Under the pieces are notes generated by a model. It did no database searches and was not told the origin of the DNA. It saw only the letters and a list, made by a program, of their open reading frames with translations. Positions 49,058 to 61,000 of a DNA stretch of 64,000 bases are shown here, piece after piece (within the stretch, counting starts at the first letter, position 1; every line of letters starts with the position of its first letter). This DNA comes from Eutreptiella sp. 'Long Island Sound 2002'. Lineage: Eukaryota; Protista; Euglenida. The translations under genes were made by a program, and so were the position numbers. The DNA is taken from positions 76,260,001-76,324,000 of the forward strand of contig OZ038378.1 of the NCBI GenBank assembly GCA_964036045.1. The letters run 5' to 3'.

Positions 49058-50281
49058 CACAAAAATTGGGCCTATGACCCGGAAATCTGCGCTGTATCCC
49101 GGGGCATATGCCCCCGATATCGACCGTAGGGATCGTAGGGAGATATCCGGGGCATATGCCCCGGGATACAGCGCAGATATCCGGGTCATTAGGCCCCATT
49201 CTTATACCCAGGGCATTAGGGCCCGGGGATATCCGCAGATATCCGGGGCATATGACCCGGGATCCTTGCGCGCAACCCTACCCTCGCCCTTGATGCCTCA
49301 ACACTTCAAGTGGAACAAATCCGAGACACACTTTCTCTCATGGTGCTTCAAGTAAGCTCATTACAAACATGGAATATAGGCACATATAGATGGTCTATTG
49401 GGAGCCAATCATGTCTCTGACACAAGATTCGCAGGCCCAGGAACCAAACTTCGGAGGAAACCTGAGCTTGGCACAAGACATATGGTACACAACATGGCAA
49501 ACGTCACACGTGACCGATCGTTGGCCACCAACTGCATTCTTCTTAATGGCATAATCACAACGGTAACATTGCATTTCCTTTTTCACTTGCACTTCCTTTT
49601 CCACCTTTTTTTGGGTTGCTCTTCAAATGCAGTCTGGGCAAAAGGAGATGGAATACTGGACAAATCTTGACTTACTGGGGGCCTTGGCAGGTGTTGCTAG
49701 GGCAGCCCATGCATGAGAACGGTACATCTCACGTTCATATACAATGCTCTCTTTCTCATTGATCACATACATAGAAGGTTCTTTCTCACTCAATTGTGTC
49801 AACGGGAAGGTGGCATACTCCTCCTCCGCTGTTAGATCAATGACGATCTTCGGAGAGGATGGAGAAGGTGTCCTATCCTTCCGTTTCTTCTCTACTTTGA
49901 CTGGACTGAGGCTAATACACACGACCTCACGCTAGTGGCATTTGTTTGTGTTGATTTCTACATGTGCTGAAATTGCTACGCGCCATTTGCCCTACCACCT
50001 GACGAGAGAGAGACCCATCGCTCCATAAATTGAAAAGATATTAGACGCCTTCTCTTCCTTAGCTCATTGGAACCGCCTCGGAAAGGCAGCTTCATTGATT
50101 GGTCACAACCCGAGGTGATTATGTTGTTCGCGGTGATTAATCTACAAATTTGATGATTTGCTACATGCCCCAGGGATATCAGCAGATGTCCGGAGCATGT
50201 GACCCAAGATATCACCGCTGCTGTATCCCGGGTCATATGCCCCGGATATCTGCGGATATCCTCAGGCCCATGCCCCGGATA
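49058..50281. mobile_element. PHD-carrying foldback element, copy 4
   Basis: Near-identical to copy 2; PHD ORF 49395-49604. Confidence 0.75.
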
Positions 50282-50949
50282 TAAGCTATTTTAGGCTACT
50301 CCAGCCCCTCAAGCTACAATCGACACCACAATCAATTCAGAGGTGCATTTGTAGTTTGATGGTGTTGACTATGAAAAAGATGTCGGAACGGTGTGCAATG
50401 CTGGCACCCGCTTGGCCAACCATGGTCCTCACCCTAAACTGGTTCGGTCATGCAATACAGCTGAGCCCTCCATGAATGCTGGGGTTTCCTTGCCCCCTTG
50501 TCCACAAAGCTGAGTTAGAGTGCCTGTGTTTCTTCCTCTTTCGATGCTCCCCACCCCCCCATCACTGAAAAATGTGCTATATATGCATGTAGTTGGCCCG
50601 CAGCTTGATCAGGTAGTTGCTAAACTCACGTGTACAAATGATTGCAACTTGGAATGAGATGGATGATAGTGTTTTGAGTGGGGTACCAACGCCAAGACCT
50701 CCACACTACCGTTGGCCACGGTGTGTGTAGGAGCCCGGTCGTGGTCACAATGGAAGACAATTCAAGACTGAGCACACTAATTGAAAGTCCATTTTCATAA
50801 TTTGGGGAGGGCAGTTTGCTGGGGAACATTGTGGTCGTGGCTGGTGTGGAAAACAAAGGTGCATGAACGTGTATCTCATCAGGAGGAATAAGAAAAGAAG
50901 GCGTGCGTGACTTTAGGCTTTGGAGGCACATCACGGCTGCGAGGAGAAC

Positions 50950-52330
50950 GCAAAATTGCTTGCGGGTTGAGAGCGGGGGGGGGGGGGTTGTGTGTAGAAG
51001 GGGTGCATGAGCCTACCCCGCTCTGTTGATTGACCTAGCTCAAATGCGCCTTTAACCTGGCCCTCTTTATTTTCTTGAAGGTATTTTATACCAAGCTCAC
51101 CACGGGTAAGTGGCTTCAAGAATTGAATAGGAAGCAATGGATGCTTGAGAGTACCAAAACTTTCCCCAATGGCTCGATGACTCAATGGCATGCAAAAATT
51201 CAGTGACTTGAGAATAATAGTGAGGGTTCTTCTGTGCACACATCGGATTTGGCATATGTATCCATAGTGAGAGGTATTCGCCCCACCTTGCATGTGAGGC
51301 CATTTGCAAACAGGTGATACGTAACACACACCATACCTACTAAGATGCCCGTCTTGCCAACCATACAATCAGTCCCACCGGGGCTGGCTGCAACACGTGC
51401 CACTCTACCAACAGTAGATCGCAAATTGTAAATGCGATATCATCAATAACATGATCTTCCAAACAGCGGGACATGACTTTGCTAGCAATGACTAACTGCT
51501 TGCAAGAATGCAACACATGCTCATGTGACACTAGTACATTACACATTGGACAAAATCTTTGCTCTTTCAATCAAGGGGACTATCGGGGCGGGGTTTTGAT
51601 TTTACCCCACAAGGCCATCCGCACCAACTCAAAGACCATGGTAGTAAGAAAATGGCTCTCAACACAACTATCCGATTGTCTTACCTCCACAATGGTTTGC
51701 GTATTGAGCCAATGCTGCATGGATCCAAACACCCAGCATCTATGCAGCTCATGTCTAGAGGAGAACGGTGTGGCACCTTTTGCTGCTTGGTTTGCTGGCA
51801 CGTGCATGAAAATTGGTCATAAACCGCAGGCAAAAACGGCGGTAGTCCAACCCCAATCAAAGGTTGGCCATCAACCACCACTTGACATGCAAGCATGGTA
51901 CCCACCTTTGCAAATTGTGGCAAGCAATATGTGTGTATGATCATCTGCACATATGGCATTCCGCCAAATGGACATCCTCTCAGGAGAGTAACCGGGCGGC
52001 AGGAACACAAGTATACCACGGCGCAATCGGGCAACCATTTGGCATGCAATGCCCAAGACGGCATCGGAGCATACGGAGCACAACCCAACGGCAATAGAAA
52101 TAAGTCCTTCGGCCAACGACATATACCACTGTACCATACCAATGCTGAAACGCCTTCCTAACTACCGGGGCACAAAACTCGCCTCAATGTGGCATGCCCT
52201 CAGTTCACCTTGCAGCCCCTTGCCGCGTTGCTTGCAACTATTGAAGATTCCACGATACGGACACACACATATCAAAAGAACCTCAAAAAATGGTGGCAAG
52301 AAATGCAAATGCCTTGTTGCCTCAAAATCA
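50950..52330 (-). mobile_element. Decayed L1-like ORF2 3' fragment in spacer 4
   Basis: zf-RVT motif as above. Confidence 0.65.
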
Positions 52331-52456
52331 CAACCAAAATCAAAACTTAGCCTCAGAAATGAATTAACCTACAATAGTCTGATAGTCTGGGAATATCATA
52401 CAAAATGACCGCATCATACAAAATTGTTCAACATGGTGCCGAGACATTCAAGATTA

Positions 52457-53698
52457 CACAAAAATTGGGCCTATGACCCGGAAATCTGCGCTGTATCCCG
52501 GGGCATATGCCCCCGATATCGACCGTAGGGATCGTAGGGAGATATCCGGGGCATATGCCCCGGGATACAGCGCAGATATCCGGGTCATTAGGCCCAATTC
52601 TTATACCCAGGGCATTAGGGCCCGGGGATATCCGCAGATATCCGGGGCATATGACCCGGGATCCTTGCGCGCAACCCTACCCTCGCCCTTGATGCCTCAA
52701 CACTTCAAGTGGAACAAATCCGAGACACACTTTCTCTCATGGTGCTTCAAGTAAGCTCATTACAAACATGGAATATAGGCACATATAGATGGTCTATTGG
52801 GAGCCAATCATGTCTCTGACACAAGATTCGCAGGCCCAGGAACCAAACTTCGGAGGAAACCTGAGCTTGGCACAAGACATATGGTACACAACATGGCAAA
52901 TGTCACACGTGACCGATCGTTGGCCACCAACTGCATTCTTCTTAATGGCATAATCACAACGGTAACATTGCATTTCCTTTTTCACTTGCACTTCCTTTTC
53001 CACCTTTTTTTGGGTTGCTCTTCAAATGCAGTCTGGGCAAAAGGAGATGGAATACTGGACAAATCTTGACTTACCGGGGGCCTTGGCAGGTGTTGCTAGG
53101 GCAGCCCATGCATGAGAACGGTACATCTCACGTTCATATACAATGCTCTCTTTCTCATTGATCACATATATAGAAGGTTCTTTCTCACTCAACGGGAAGT
53201 GTGAAAGAACCTGTGTCAACGGGAAGGTGGCATACTCCTCCTCCGCTGTTAGATCAATGGCGATCTTCGGAGAGGATGGAGAAGGTGTCCTATCCTTCCG
53301 TTTCTGCTCTACTTTGACTGGACTGAGGCTAATACACACGACCTCACGCTAGTGGCATTTGTTTGTGTTGATTTCTACATGTGCTGAAATTGCTACGCGC
53401 CATTTGCCCTACCACCTGACGAGAGAGAGACCCATCGTTTGATAAATTGAAAAGATAGTAGACACCTTCTCTTCCTCAGCTCATTGGAACCGCCTCGCAA
53501 AGGCAGTTTCATTGATTGGTCACAACCCGAGGTGATTCTATTGTTCGCGGTGATTAATCTACAAATTTGATGATTTGCTACATGCCCCAGGGATATCAGC
53601 AGATGTCCGGGGCATATGACCCAGGATATCACCGCTGCTGTATCCCTGGTCATATGCCCCGGCTATCTGCGGATATCCTTAGGCCCATGCCCCGGATA
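52457..53698. mobile_element. PHD-carrying foldback element, copy 5 (divergent right part)
   Basis: Net +18 bp near 53192-53211 and private SNPs; flanks reconstruct the site TTCAAGATAACA seen intact at 37988-37999. Confidence 0.75.
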
Positions 53699-54900
53699 TA
53701 ACATTTTGAATCCAAACCTATGGTTTACATGGTACACACATGCTGAGACATGGCCTCTCTCATCATTCATCCAACTCAGTTCAGTGTAATGCTATGTACA
53801 CAATGCTGGTAGCTAACATACAACGGCAAGGCACATGGGCAACGCTTTAGGCATGCAACATGGCACCACCAAGTGCTGACCGGTCCACTGCATCTGCAAA
53901 ACACATCGCCGCAAGGCGCCATCCATCCCACGCTTGCTATGGTTGGCGCCGCAAGGCGCCCTCCACACCTTGTCCAATGGAATTGTGAACGGTCAATGAC
54001 ATCAGAAACATCCATCACAGTCTACAGAGTCTAGAGTCTACACAACACATGGAATCTGTACTTGAATGCACTCCAGCTGTTGGTGTTTGACCAATTGAAA
54101 AGGAAAAATCACTGCCCCGTTCCAACTGAATGTCAAAATCTTCTGCCATTGGTGTATCCAAGGTGTATATTGTGATTGACTGCTTTCGTGGGGTACCCAG
54201 GACATCCTACACCACCACCTCATCATTCTCCTGGGCAACCAAATAGGGCGAAGACAAGAGGGTGGACTCAGCCAAGCCTGCCGCAAGCATGGCATCTTGA
54301 ACACTTGGTAAAATTCAAACTCTGTTGCACCGCCGGGTGAGGAAAGGGAAATCCGGGCTCACACTATCCTTTGGGCTCTATTTGTGCCCGCTTCATCAAA
54401 TTCGGTGAACCACAATCGGCGATCTCAAGAGGCCCTCCGGACGACGGAGAGGCAAAGAAAAAACGCTGCACTAGGGAGGTGAAAGTATGACTCGCCTTGT
54501 CAGGAATCGAACTGAGGTCGTCGAGTTGTTGGTCAAGTGTTGTAACCGCTCAACTATGCTCTAGGGATAAAAACACATGCTGTCGGCTCGGCACCACCCA
54601 ATCTCTTAGGCTCTTCCGCCGCCTCTAGTGTGTTGCGACATTGCGACTATACTGGAGTGAGGCTCTTCTTCCCCCTCCCCTCTTGCGTCGGATCGCTAGC
54701 GTGTTCATTGCGATACACAGCCATGTGGGATAGAATGTGTTTCCATGCATTCTAGCAACCCTGGCACTTTTGATTTTCGACCAAAAACCTGAGTCGGCAA
54801 CAGTCGCGATGGACCAAACACAACTGCAGTTTCAACCACAAAGGAAACCAAGAGCATTCCGCCATATTACGGTCACCGACACTTGTGCTTGTCCGCATTG
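53699..54900 (-). mobile_element. 3' fragment of an RNase H-bearing LINE (copy 2)
   Basis: Collinear with 37995-38950 (e.g. TTGAATCCAAACCT(A/G)TGGT(T/C)TACATGGT); SGFWSKIKS RNase H segment near 54770. Confidence 0.65.
54490..54561 (-). other. tRNA-derived (SINE head or pseudo-tRNA) sequence
   Basis: Minus strand TAGTTGAGCGG (A-box-like) and AGTTCGATTCC (B-box-like) at tRNA spacing; stems imperfect; lies in a segment absent from the homolog near 38690. Confidence 0.4.
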
Positions 54901-55049
54901 GGATGAGAAATGGCATAGAAACACAAGCTGTTGTAATGGGCGGGTGGGTCTCACCACATACCCTTCATGGGCGGACGTGTGGGTCCTTGGGGACATATTA
55001 AAAACAGCTCTCAATAGGTAACAAAAGTTGCATGACTGCATGACGGGAT

Positions 55050-56600
55050 ACCCATGTTTGCTTGCAGCAAAGAGACGTTCTAATCACAAAGCAAAACAAG
55101 AGCGTTCACGCATATTACGGTGAACCACACTATTTTTCTTGCCTCCCTCCAAAACAAGTCTCACCCACGAGACAAACAAGCGGCTGCATTGCCCTAAAGA
55201 CCAAAATAGGGACCAATGTGAAACTTGCACCCAGCAAAACACTCCAGCAGATAGCTCCTGGTGTGATTGCTCCGTCGAGCGTAGAGGAGAGTTCCCCAGA
55301 TTGGGTGCCGCCCCGCGGCGTCCTTTGCAAAAACAAAGAACCCAAACAAGCGGAGGCACATCAGGATATGCCTCCAAGGCCTGAAATTCAACCTGCGCAG
55401 GCAAAGGCGATAGACCCACTCCAATCGAAATCCATTCCAGATAGGCAACCTATGGGGTTGAGGTCCCCCGGGACATACTCCGAATACACAGAACCGTCCA
55501 GGCGCTGCAGCAAGTAGAAAAGCCTGTGGAGGTGCCTGTTTTGGCGCTTAAGGCTAGCTTTAGCACTCATAGTTGCCACCTGGCCGAGCGCCAACTGATT
55601 ATCGCCCATCAAGCACCAAACCGGCCAACCTACATTCACGCAAAGGCGCACGCACCTCACCGACGCCTCTAACCCCGCCTCCTGTTGTGTCTTCACGAAG
55701 GAGGAGCAGTGAAACACCCTCCCACCCAGAACCGTATCCGGATGTGATTTTAAACCGGTCCACGTTGTAATCGGCATCGACAAACAACCCCCCCCCCCCC
55801 GCGCACACACAAAGGCAGGAGGGGCTCTGGAGCCAACCATTCAAAGACATAATGAGGTAGTGCAACAGGCTATTTAGGAGTGTAGGGGCCAACTTTGCAG
55901 CCAGTTCTTACCCCAGTAGCAATGGGGCCACCACCCCACCGGAAAACGGAGCATAGCCCGCAGAGGGCCGCAAAGCCCAAAACATACCTCCCGAGAATTT
56001 GCCTAGAGAGCTTTTTGGTAAGCGGCAACACCGTCGCCCGTATGCAAAGGCCAACTAAGGAAGTCTAGCCATGATCCTTAGGGAAAACTCATGCATTCAG
56101 GGCACAAAACACCAAGGGCTTGCCTAGCCATGGTAATTCAGGCACATGCCCCAACACACTCTTGATACTTATAATAGCGCCTTCCTTGCTAAGGGTGTTG
56201 CTGACCCAGCGGCCCAGCGAACACAATTCTTACCATAATCCACCACCAAAAAATTGCAAAACTATAACCGAGTCCAAATGTACAGGCTCGACAATAAATC
56301 CCAATACATACTGAAACATCATGGGTGAGAGCTGCCAACCAAAAGGTAAGCAAGAAAAGCAAACATTTGGCCGTCAATCTTGACACCCAAACTATTCTAC
56401 ACCGCATCCGGCAGAATCACCAACCAAAAAGCATTGGTCGGGTCCCTATGACACGCTGCTAATTCATCACCGGCACAGGGTTGAGCCAAAGATTGTCCAA
56501 TTCCCTCGGGAACGGGTCGTTCAAGTGGGACAAACAAAAAACCACTTAGGGACTAACGGGGAAGCAACATGAAATAAATTCATCCTCTACGGTAGGTAGA
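55050..56600 (-). mobile_element. DIRS-like retrotransposon RT-RNase H remnant
   Basis: DPTNAFWLVILP, CLPFGWQLSPMMFQ, FVDAD, QQEAGLEA, LMGDNQLAL, RQNRHL, EYVPGDLNP; stops and frameshifts. Confidence 0.75.
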
Positions 56601-56639
56601 CCAAAATTGTGCGGTTGGGACTAGTGTTGCTTGTTAAGC

Positions 56640-59600
56640 CGGACCATTGTACGAAAGAAAGGCCAAACAAGAGGCAAAGAGAAGAATTAAGAATCATAAC
56701 TACATTGTAATTGAATTGTCACGCGGGAAGCAAAAGCAACAGCTTAATTCCGTGACTGCACAACTCTTATGGGACTTGTTGGCCAAAAATAGGGGTTGGG
56801 GCCTAGGGGAACTAAAATTGTTGAAATTGGGTGTGGTATATGCACATCAATGTCAACGCATTCGGCTGCAATTTTGAGCAGAGAGCATTCAAACAGCATG
56901 TGGTGATTTGTTTCATCATGGCTACACAAAGAACATCCATCCAGGTGATGCAGTCTGGCCCGTATTCTGTCCTCTGTATTGAGTTTGCCCCAAAGGGAGC
57001 GATGAATGAAGTCACGCAATGCAGGTGGGAACCGTTTGTATTTAAAAGTGTTAGCTAGGGGCGAGATTTCAGGACGATAATCGTTACCTCCGTCTCGCGG
57101 GAGAGGTAACAATTATTGTCCTGAAATCTGGATGGACCAAGGCAGAGGTAACCATTATCGTCATGAAATCTCGGCCAACCGCCAAATCACCCGGGGTTGT
57201 GACCAATCAACAAAACCGGCTTTTTGAGCCGGGTTTTTTTCATGCCCTATGTGGTTTTCAAGCTTTCACTCCCTTTGCTTTGCCTTGCGCATGATTCACG
57301 ATGGATGGGGCATGTGGCGCTGATATGGAGGTAACGAGGATCGTCGTGAAATCTCGCCCCTCTACCTGACACTTTTAAGTAATCGTTAGTAGGTAACGAT
57401 TATCGTCGTGAAATCTCGCCCCTCTACCTAACACTTTTAAGTAATCGTTAGTAGGTAAAGATTGTCGTCCTGAAATCTCGGCCCGTTCGCTTCGCTCTTA
57501 CAGGGCCGAGATTTCCGGACGATAATCGTTACCTACTAACGATGGTGTAATAGAAAAACTTCCACTGGAACGTTCCGTCAAGGCCGGCTCCAAATTTCAG
57601 CGACAGTATATGCTTCACCACATCACGTGTTCCCCACGCTTCTCAGAAGCCCGGGCAACTTACTTCAATCGGCTGAGTGTGAGCAACCTATCTCAGCTTC
57701 TAATAACCAATTCTGTAAGCTGATTTGAAAGTGTGTACAATGCCAGCAATTAGTTGATCACTGTGTCTGTCATCGCAGTATAGCACAGCTTGCCGTACGA
57801 GTTGCGGAATGTACTATGGTTAGTTTTTTTCCTTGCGACAAAGGGAGTTGTGCCACAAGGGCAACCTGCCCAGTGTAACTAGCGGAGATGCATAAGGTGA
57901 GTGTCTCTGCCTGATCCAAGAAAGACTTTCCCAAGATAGGCCCACATAGGGAGTGTGCTTCCACTCTGTGATGCCTATTTGAAGGAGAGGGAGGAAACCT
58001 GGAAGCAGAATTAACCCAATTCTGTCAGCCCACTGTTTCATGGGCCCAGTAATGTCTGCAGACAGTTTGTGTGGGTTTGTGATGAAGGATACAAACAGAA
58101 GTGCGAATTGCCACTAGAGAATTGCCTCAGGATGCAACACATTGTACCCGCCTTCCCCTGGCTTCTTGGAGAGGATGGGCAGAGTTACAAACCAACTGTT
58201 CAACTTGAGTGCAATCCAATAGATGTCGCGCAGTTGTGCAACTACCGACCCTGACGGGTAGTACGCCCTAGCTGTGAAGTTCAGTAGTGGCAAATTCCAG
58301 ATTTTCAAAATTAAGACCCTTTCATTCAGGCCCAGTGGTAGGCTTCGAAGGAAATGCGCCCGTTTGAGGGCCACCGCCAAGCACTCGGCATAAGCTTGTT
58401 CAATTGTAATATGACCAATCTAGACTTCTAAACATTTGATTTTGGTCACCTTTCAAAGTTGAGCAACAGAACGATCAGAGGCATTTATGTCCCCTTTCAA
58501 GAGTATTTTGCTTTTATCCACATTGAGGTTGAGTCCCGACAGCCGTGCAAATACCTTGAGTCTGGTGTTTGCCTTTAGAACCTCCGTGCGAACTTTTGAC
58601 GTGGACCCTTTCATCACTGGGGCCAAGTCGTGCACATACATTCTGGGGACAATCCCCAAACGGTTTTGCTGGATATCATACAATAATGGCGCAGCCATCA
58701 GTACAAAGAGATATGGAGAGAGCGGGTTGCCTAGTCGGATTTCCGACGATAGTGTGTGTTCCACCTCATGAATGATTCTACCATTTACAATGTATGTTTT
58801 TACCTGGCTGCCGTTGAGGATGATCGGGGAGAAAATTCTAGTATCCCCATTAAGTTGAAAACACCTTTGTAGAAATTAAACTGCATTGTGTCATATGCCT
58901 TGGAAAAGTCAACAGAGAGCAATGCCCCCTGGTCCATGTGTTGCCACCCAACAACTGTGTCTGAAATATGATCAAAGATCTTCCTCCCCCTTATGGAACC
59001 CTTTTGAGAAAGCGGGACTAGGTAGTCAACAAATGGTTCAATCATAAGAAATAGTACATTACTAAACCACTTGAGTATCACATTTTGAAGCGCAATTGGC
59101 CTGACCTGGCTAACATGCGGGATGCCAAAAACCTTTGGGACCGAATTGATGAGTCCCGTGACCCGGTTTGACGGGATTGTGCCTATGTTGAATATTTTTT
59201 TGACTGTCATGTGCATCTGAGGCAAGAAAACTTCCCTAAGCATTTGATACACAGACGCCATGACGCCATCTTCACCTGGGGATGGGCCCACCTTTAATCG
59301 GTTCAATGGTGCTATGGCCAGAGAATAATCATGCTCACCGAGGACCTTACCTGCTTGGACTACCCTCCTCGTGGACTTACTCAATGTTTTCAGATAGATC
59401 TCAACATCATGAATACTGCACTGTCTAAAGACCATCACGCTGTCCCAAAAATTTTCATTTCTTCGGCAACCAACAAGATTGGTGAGTACTTTATCTCCAA
59501 CATGCAGCTTGCACACCGTTCTCAAGTTGTTTAGTTGCCTCATTGGCCTATACACTTGGTTCACTGGCTGAGTGGACTCCGACCCAATATCATTTGTCCC

Positions 59601-60230
59601 TGGATATCTTGCTTCATATTGTCGGCAATTTGACTGAGTGCCCTGTAGGCGAGCTCGTGGCTGGGAGGTTCGATTACTTTGCCCCTAAGCAGGTCCTAGC
59701 CTTCACCACATACTCGGTGGACCGTGCTTACGAAGAGGACAGATAATACTTCGCTCGCTCCCTTGTCCTCCGTACTGGACTGAATTGCGATGCCGCAGTT
59801 CTAAGGAGTGCAATGGTTTTGTCCCACCAGAGTTCATCATCAATGGCACAAAGGTCGCATTTTAATCTCTTTGTGGCAGGTGAACTGCCCAAAAGATCGG
59901 TGTTAACTAGATGCGTGTTCCCTCCCTTCATTACATTCCTGGTTGAAAGCGTTGCAATGGCCGCCTTATGGTCAAACTTTGCAATGAAGGTGGCATATGC
60001 AGAACTGATGCATCCTACATCCGATTCTGTGACATGGATTTTGTCAAGCCTTCTAAGAACCCGCAGGGTTGTCGACTCCTTTGCACCTGTGTCCGCTTGC
60101 ACCGGCGTGGAAGGCTTGTGCCTTTTAGCCCATGACGTCTCCTCTTCCCGATCCGGAACATGGCAAAGCGGTCCCCGCCTTTCGCCAATGGACAAAGGAT
60201 AGCATAGGAGATAACCCTTCAAGACTTCGA
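56640..60230 (-). mobile_element. 5'-truncated L1-clade LINE pseudogene (APE end, RT, zf-RVT)
   Basis: FDHKAAIATL (APE C-term), SPGEDG, VRPIALQNVILK, SQKG, VDFSKAYD, IRLGNPLSP, MYVHD (decayed YADD), LSGLNLNVDKSK, FIHRSLWGKLNT..CSLC..HHMLFEC. Confidence 0.9.
57041..57545. repeat. About 500-bp modular foldback insertion within the L1
   Basis: 62-bp unit (..AGGTAACGATTATCGTCGTGAAATCTCGCCCC..ACACTTTTAA) in tandem at 57317-57440 and inverted at 57042-57090 and 57498-57543. Confidence 0.8.
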
Positions 60231-60285
60231 GAACAAAGACAAGGATTGGGTTGGGGCAACAATTGTCAGTTCGAATAAAAAAGCG

Positions 60286-61000
60286 GTGGAGGCTGTCGAC
60301 AGAGTTCTGGTGCAACGATACGCAAAGCGCACGGGCGTTCCGGTGGTGGCTTGGCGCTTGCATGGAGACCAGTGGCAGAATGTATCAACGTTGCTTTGGA
60401 GAGGAGTACAGTTCCTGTATGGTACCGTCATGCATATCAAGGTGTTTTTTGCCCAAGGGGCGCCTTGCTCGATAATTGACGGCAAATTTGCGTCCTGAAA
60501 AGGGGTTTTTCAATGGGAATCAAGGTCGCTTGCACTCCATTCTATTTAGCCCAAACGAACCCTCCTACCGTGCCGATGAAATTCGTGATGTAGCACCGGG
60601 TGAGCTCGTCTTTCTTGAGCATCAACCATTTTGTGTAACCATTCAAGTGCCACGCAACAATATAACTGGAGATGGTATGGAAAGAAGCGATTACGACAAA
60701 GTTCTTATTCCATTGATGCCCATGACCTGCAGAATTGATATTCACCGCTACCTTAGTGTCCGCAACAAGAAAGGAAAGGCATTATTCATCACTTGCGCTC
60801 ACCCTTTCCGACCTACGCTTGGATGTGACTAGCACGGAATTCCATGCCAACTAATGGAAAAAAATTGTTCTGTGCGTGGATCAGAAGTGCCAACCAGCTC
60901 TTAGATACAATACCTTGTACGTGGGAATTAGCCGAGTGCATGAGGCAAAGAATATTGGCGTGTTGCGCCTTCAAGAAGGGTCCTCAAGTGATGATTGCAG
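60286..61000 (+). pseudogene. PIF1-family SF1B helicase C-terminal remnant (Helitron RepHel-like)
   Basis: FAQGAPCSII-NLRPEKGFFNGNQGRL and NTLYVGISRV match PIF1 motifs (N...g..NG..G; YVa.SR); frameshifts and stops. Confidence 0.65.

Larger units (their letters stand above)
39104..53700. repeat. Tandem array: 5 PHD-foldback elements separated by 4 near-identical ~2.15-kb spacers (period about 3401 bp)
   Basis: PHD ORF starts recur at 39360, 42593, 45994, 49395, 52794 (spacing 3233, 3401, 3401, 3399); only scattered SNPs between units. Confidence 0.97.

Noticed and set aside
39360-53003. PHD fingers as a RAG2-like partner of the RAG1-like transposases
   Set aside because: No kelch repeats seen, the PHD is canonical C4HC3, and it lies in its own TIR element more than 9 kb from any RAG1-like ORF.
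39104-53700. CRISPR-like or functional gene array
   Set aside because: Units are kilobase-scale with near-identical spacers made of decayed TE fragments; no cas genes; eukaryotic context.
57211-57240. Rho-independent terminator
   Set aside because: The hairpin plus T-tract fits the shape, but it lies in a eukaryotic repeat with no bacterial-type gene upstream.
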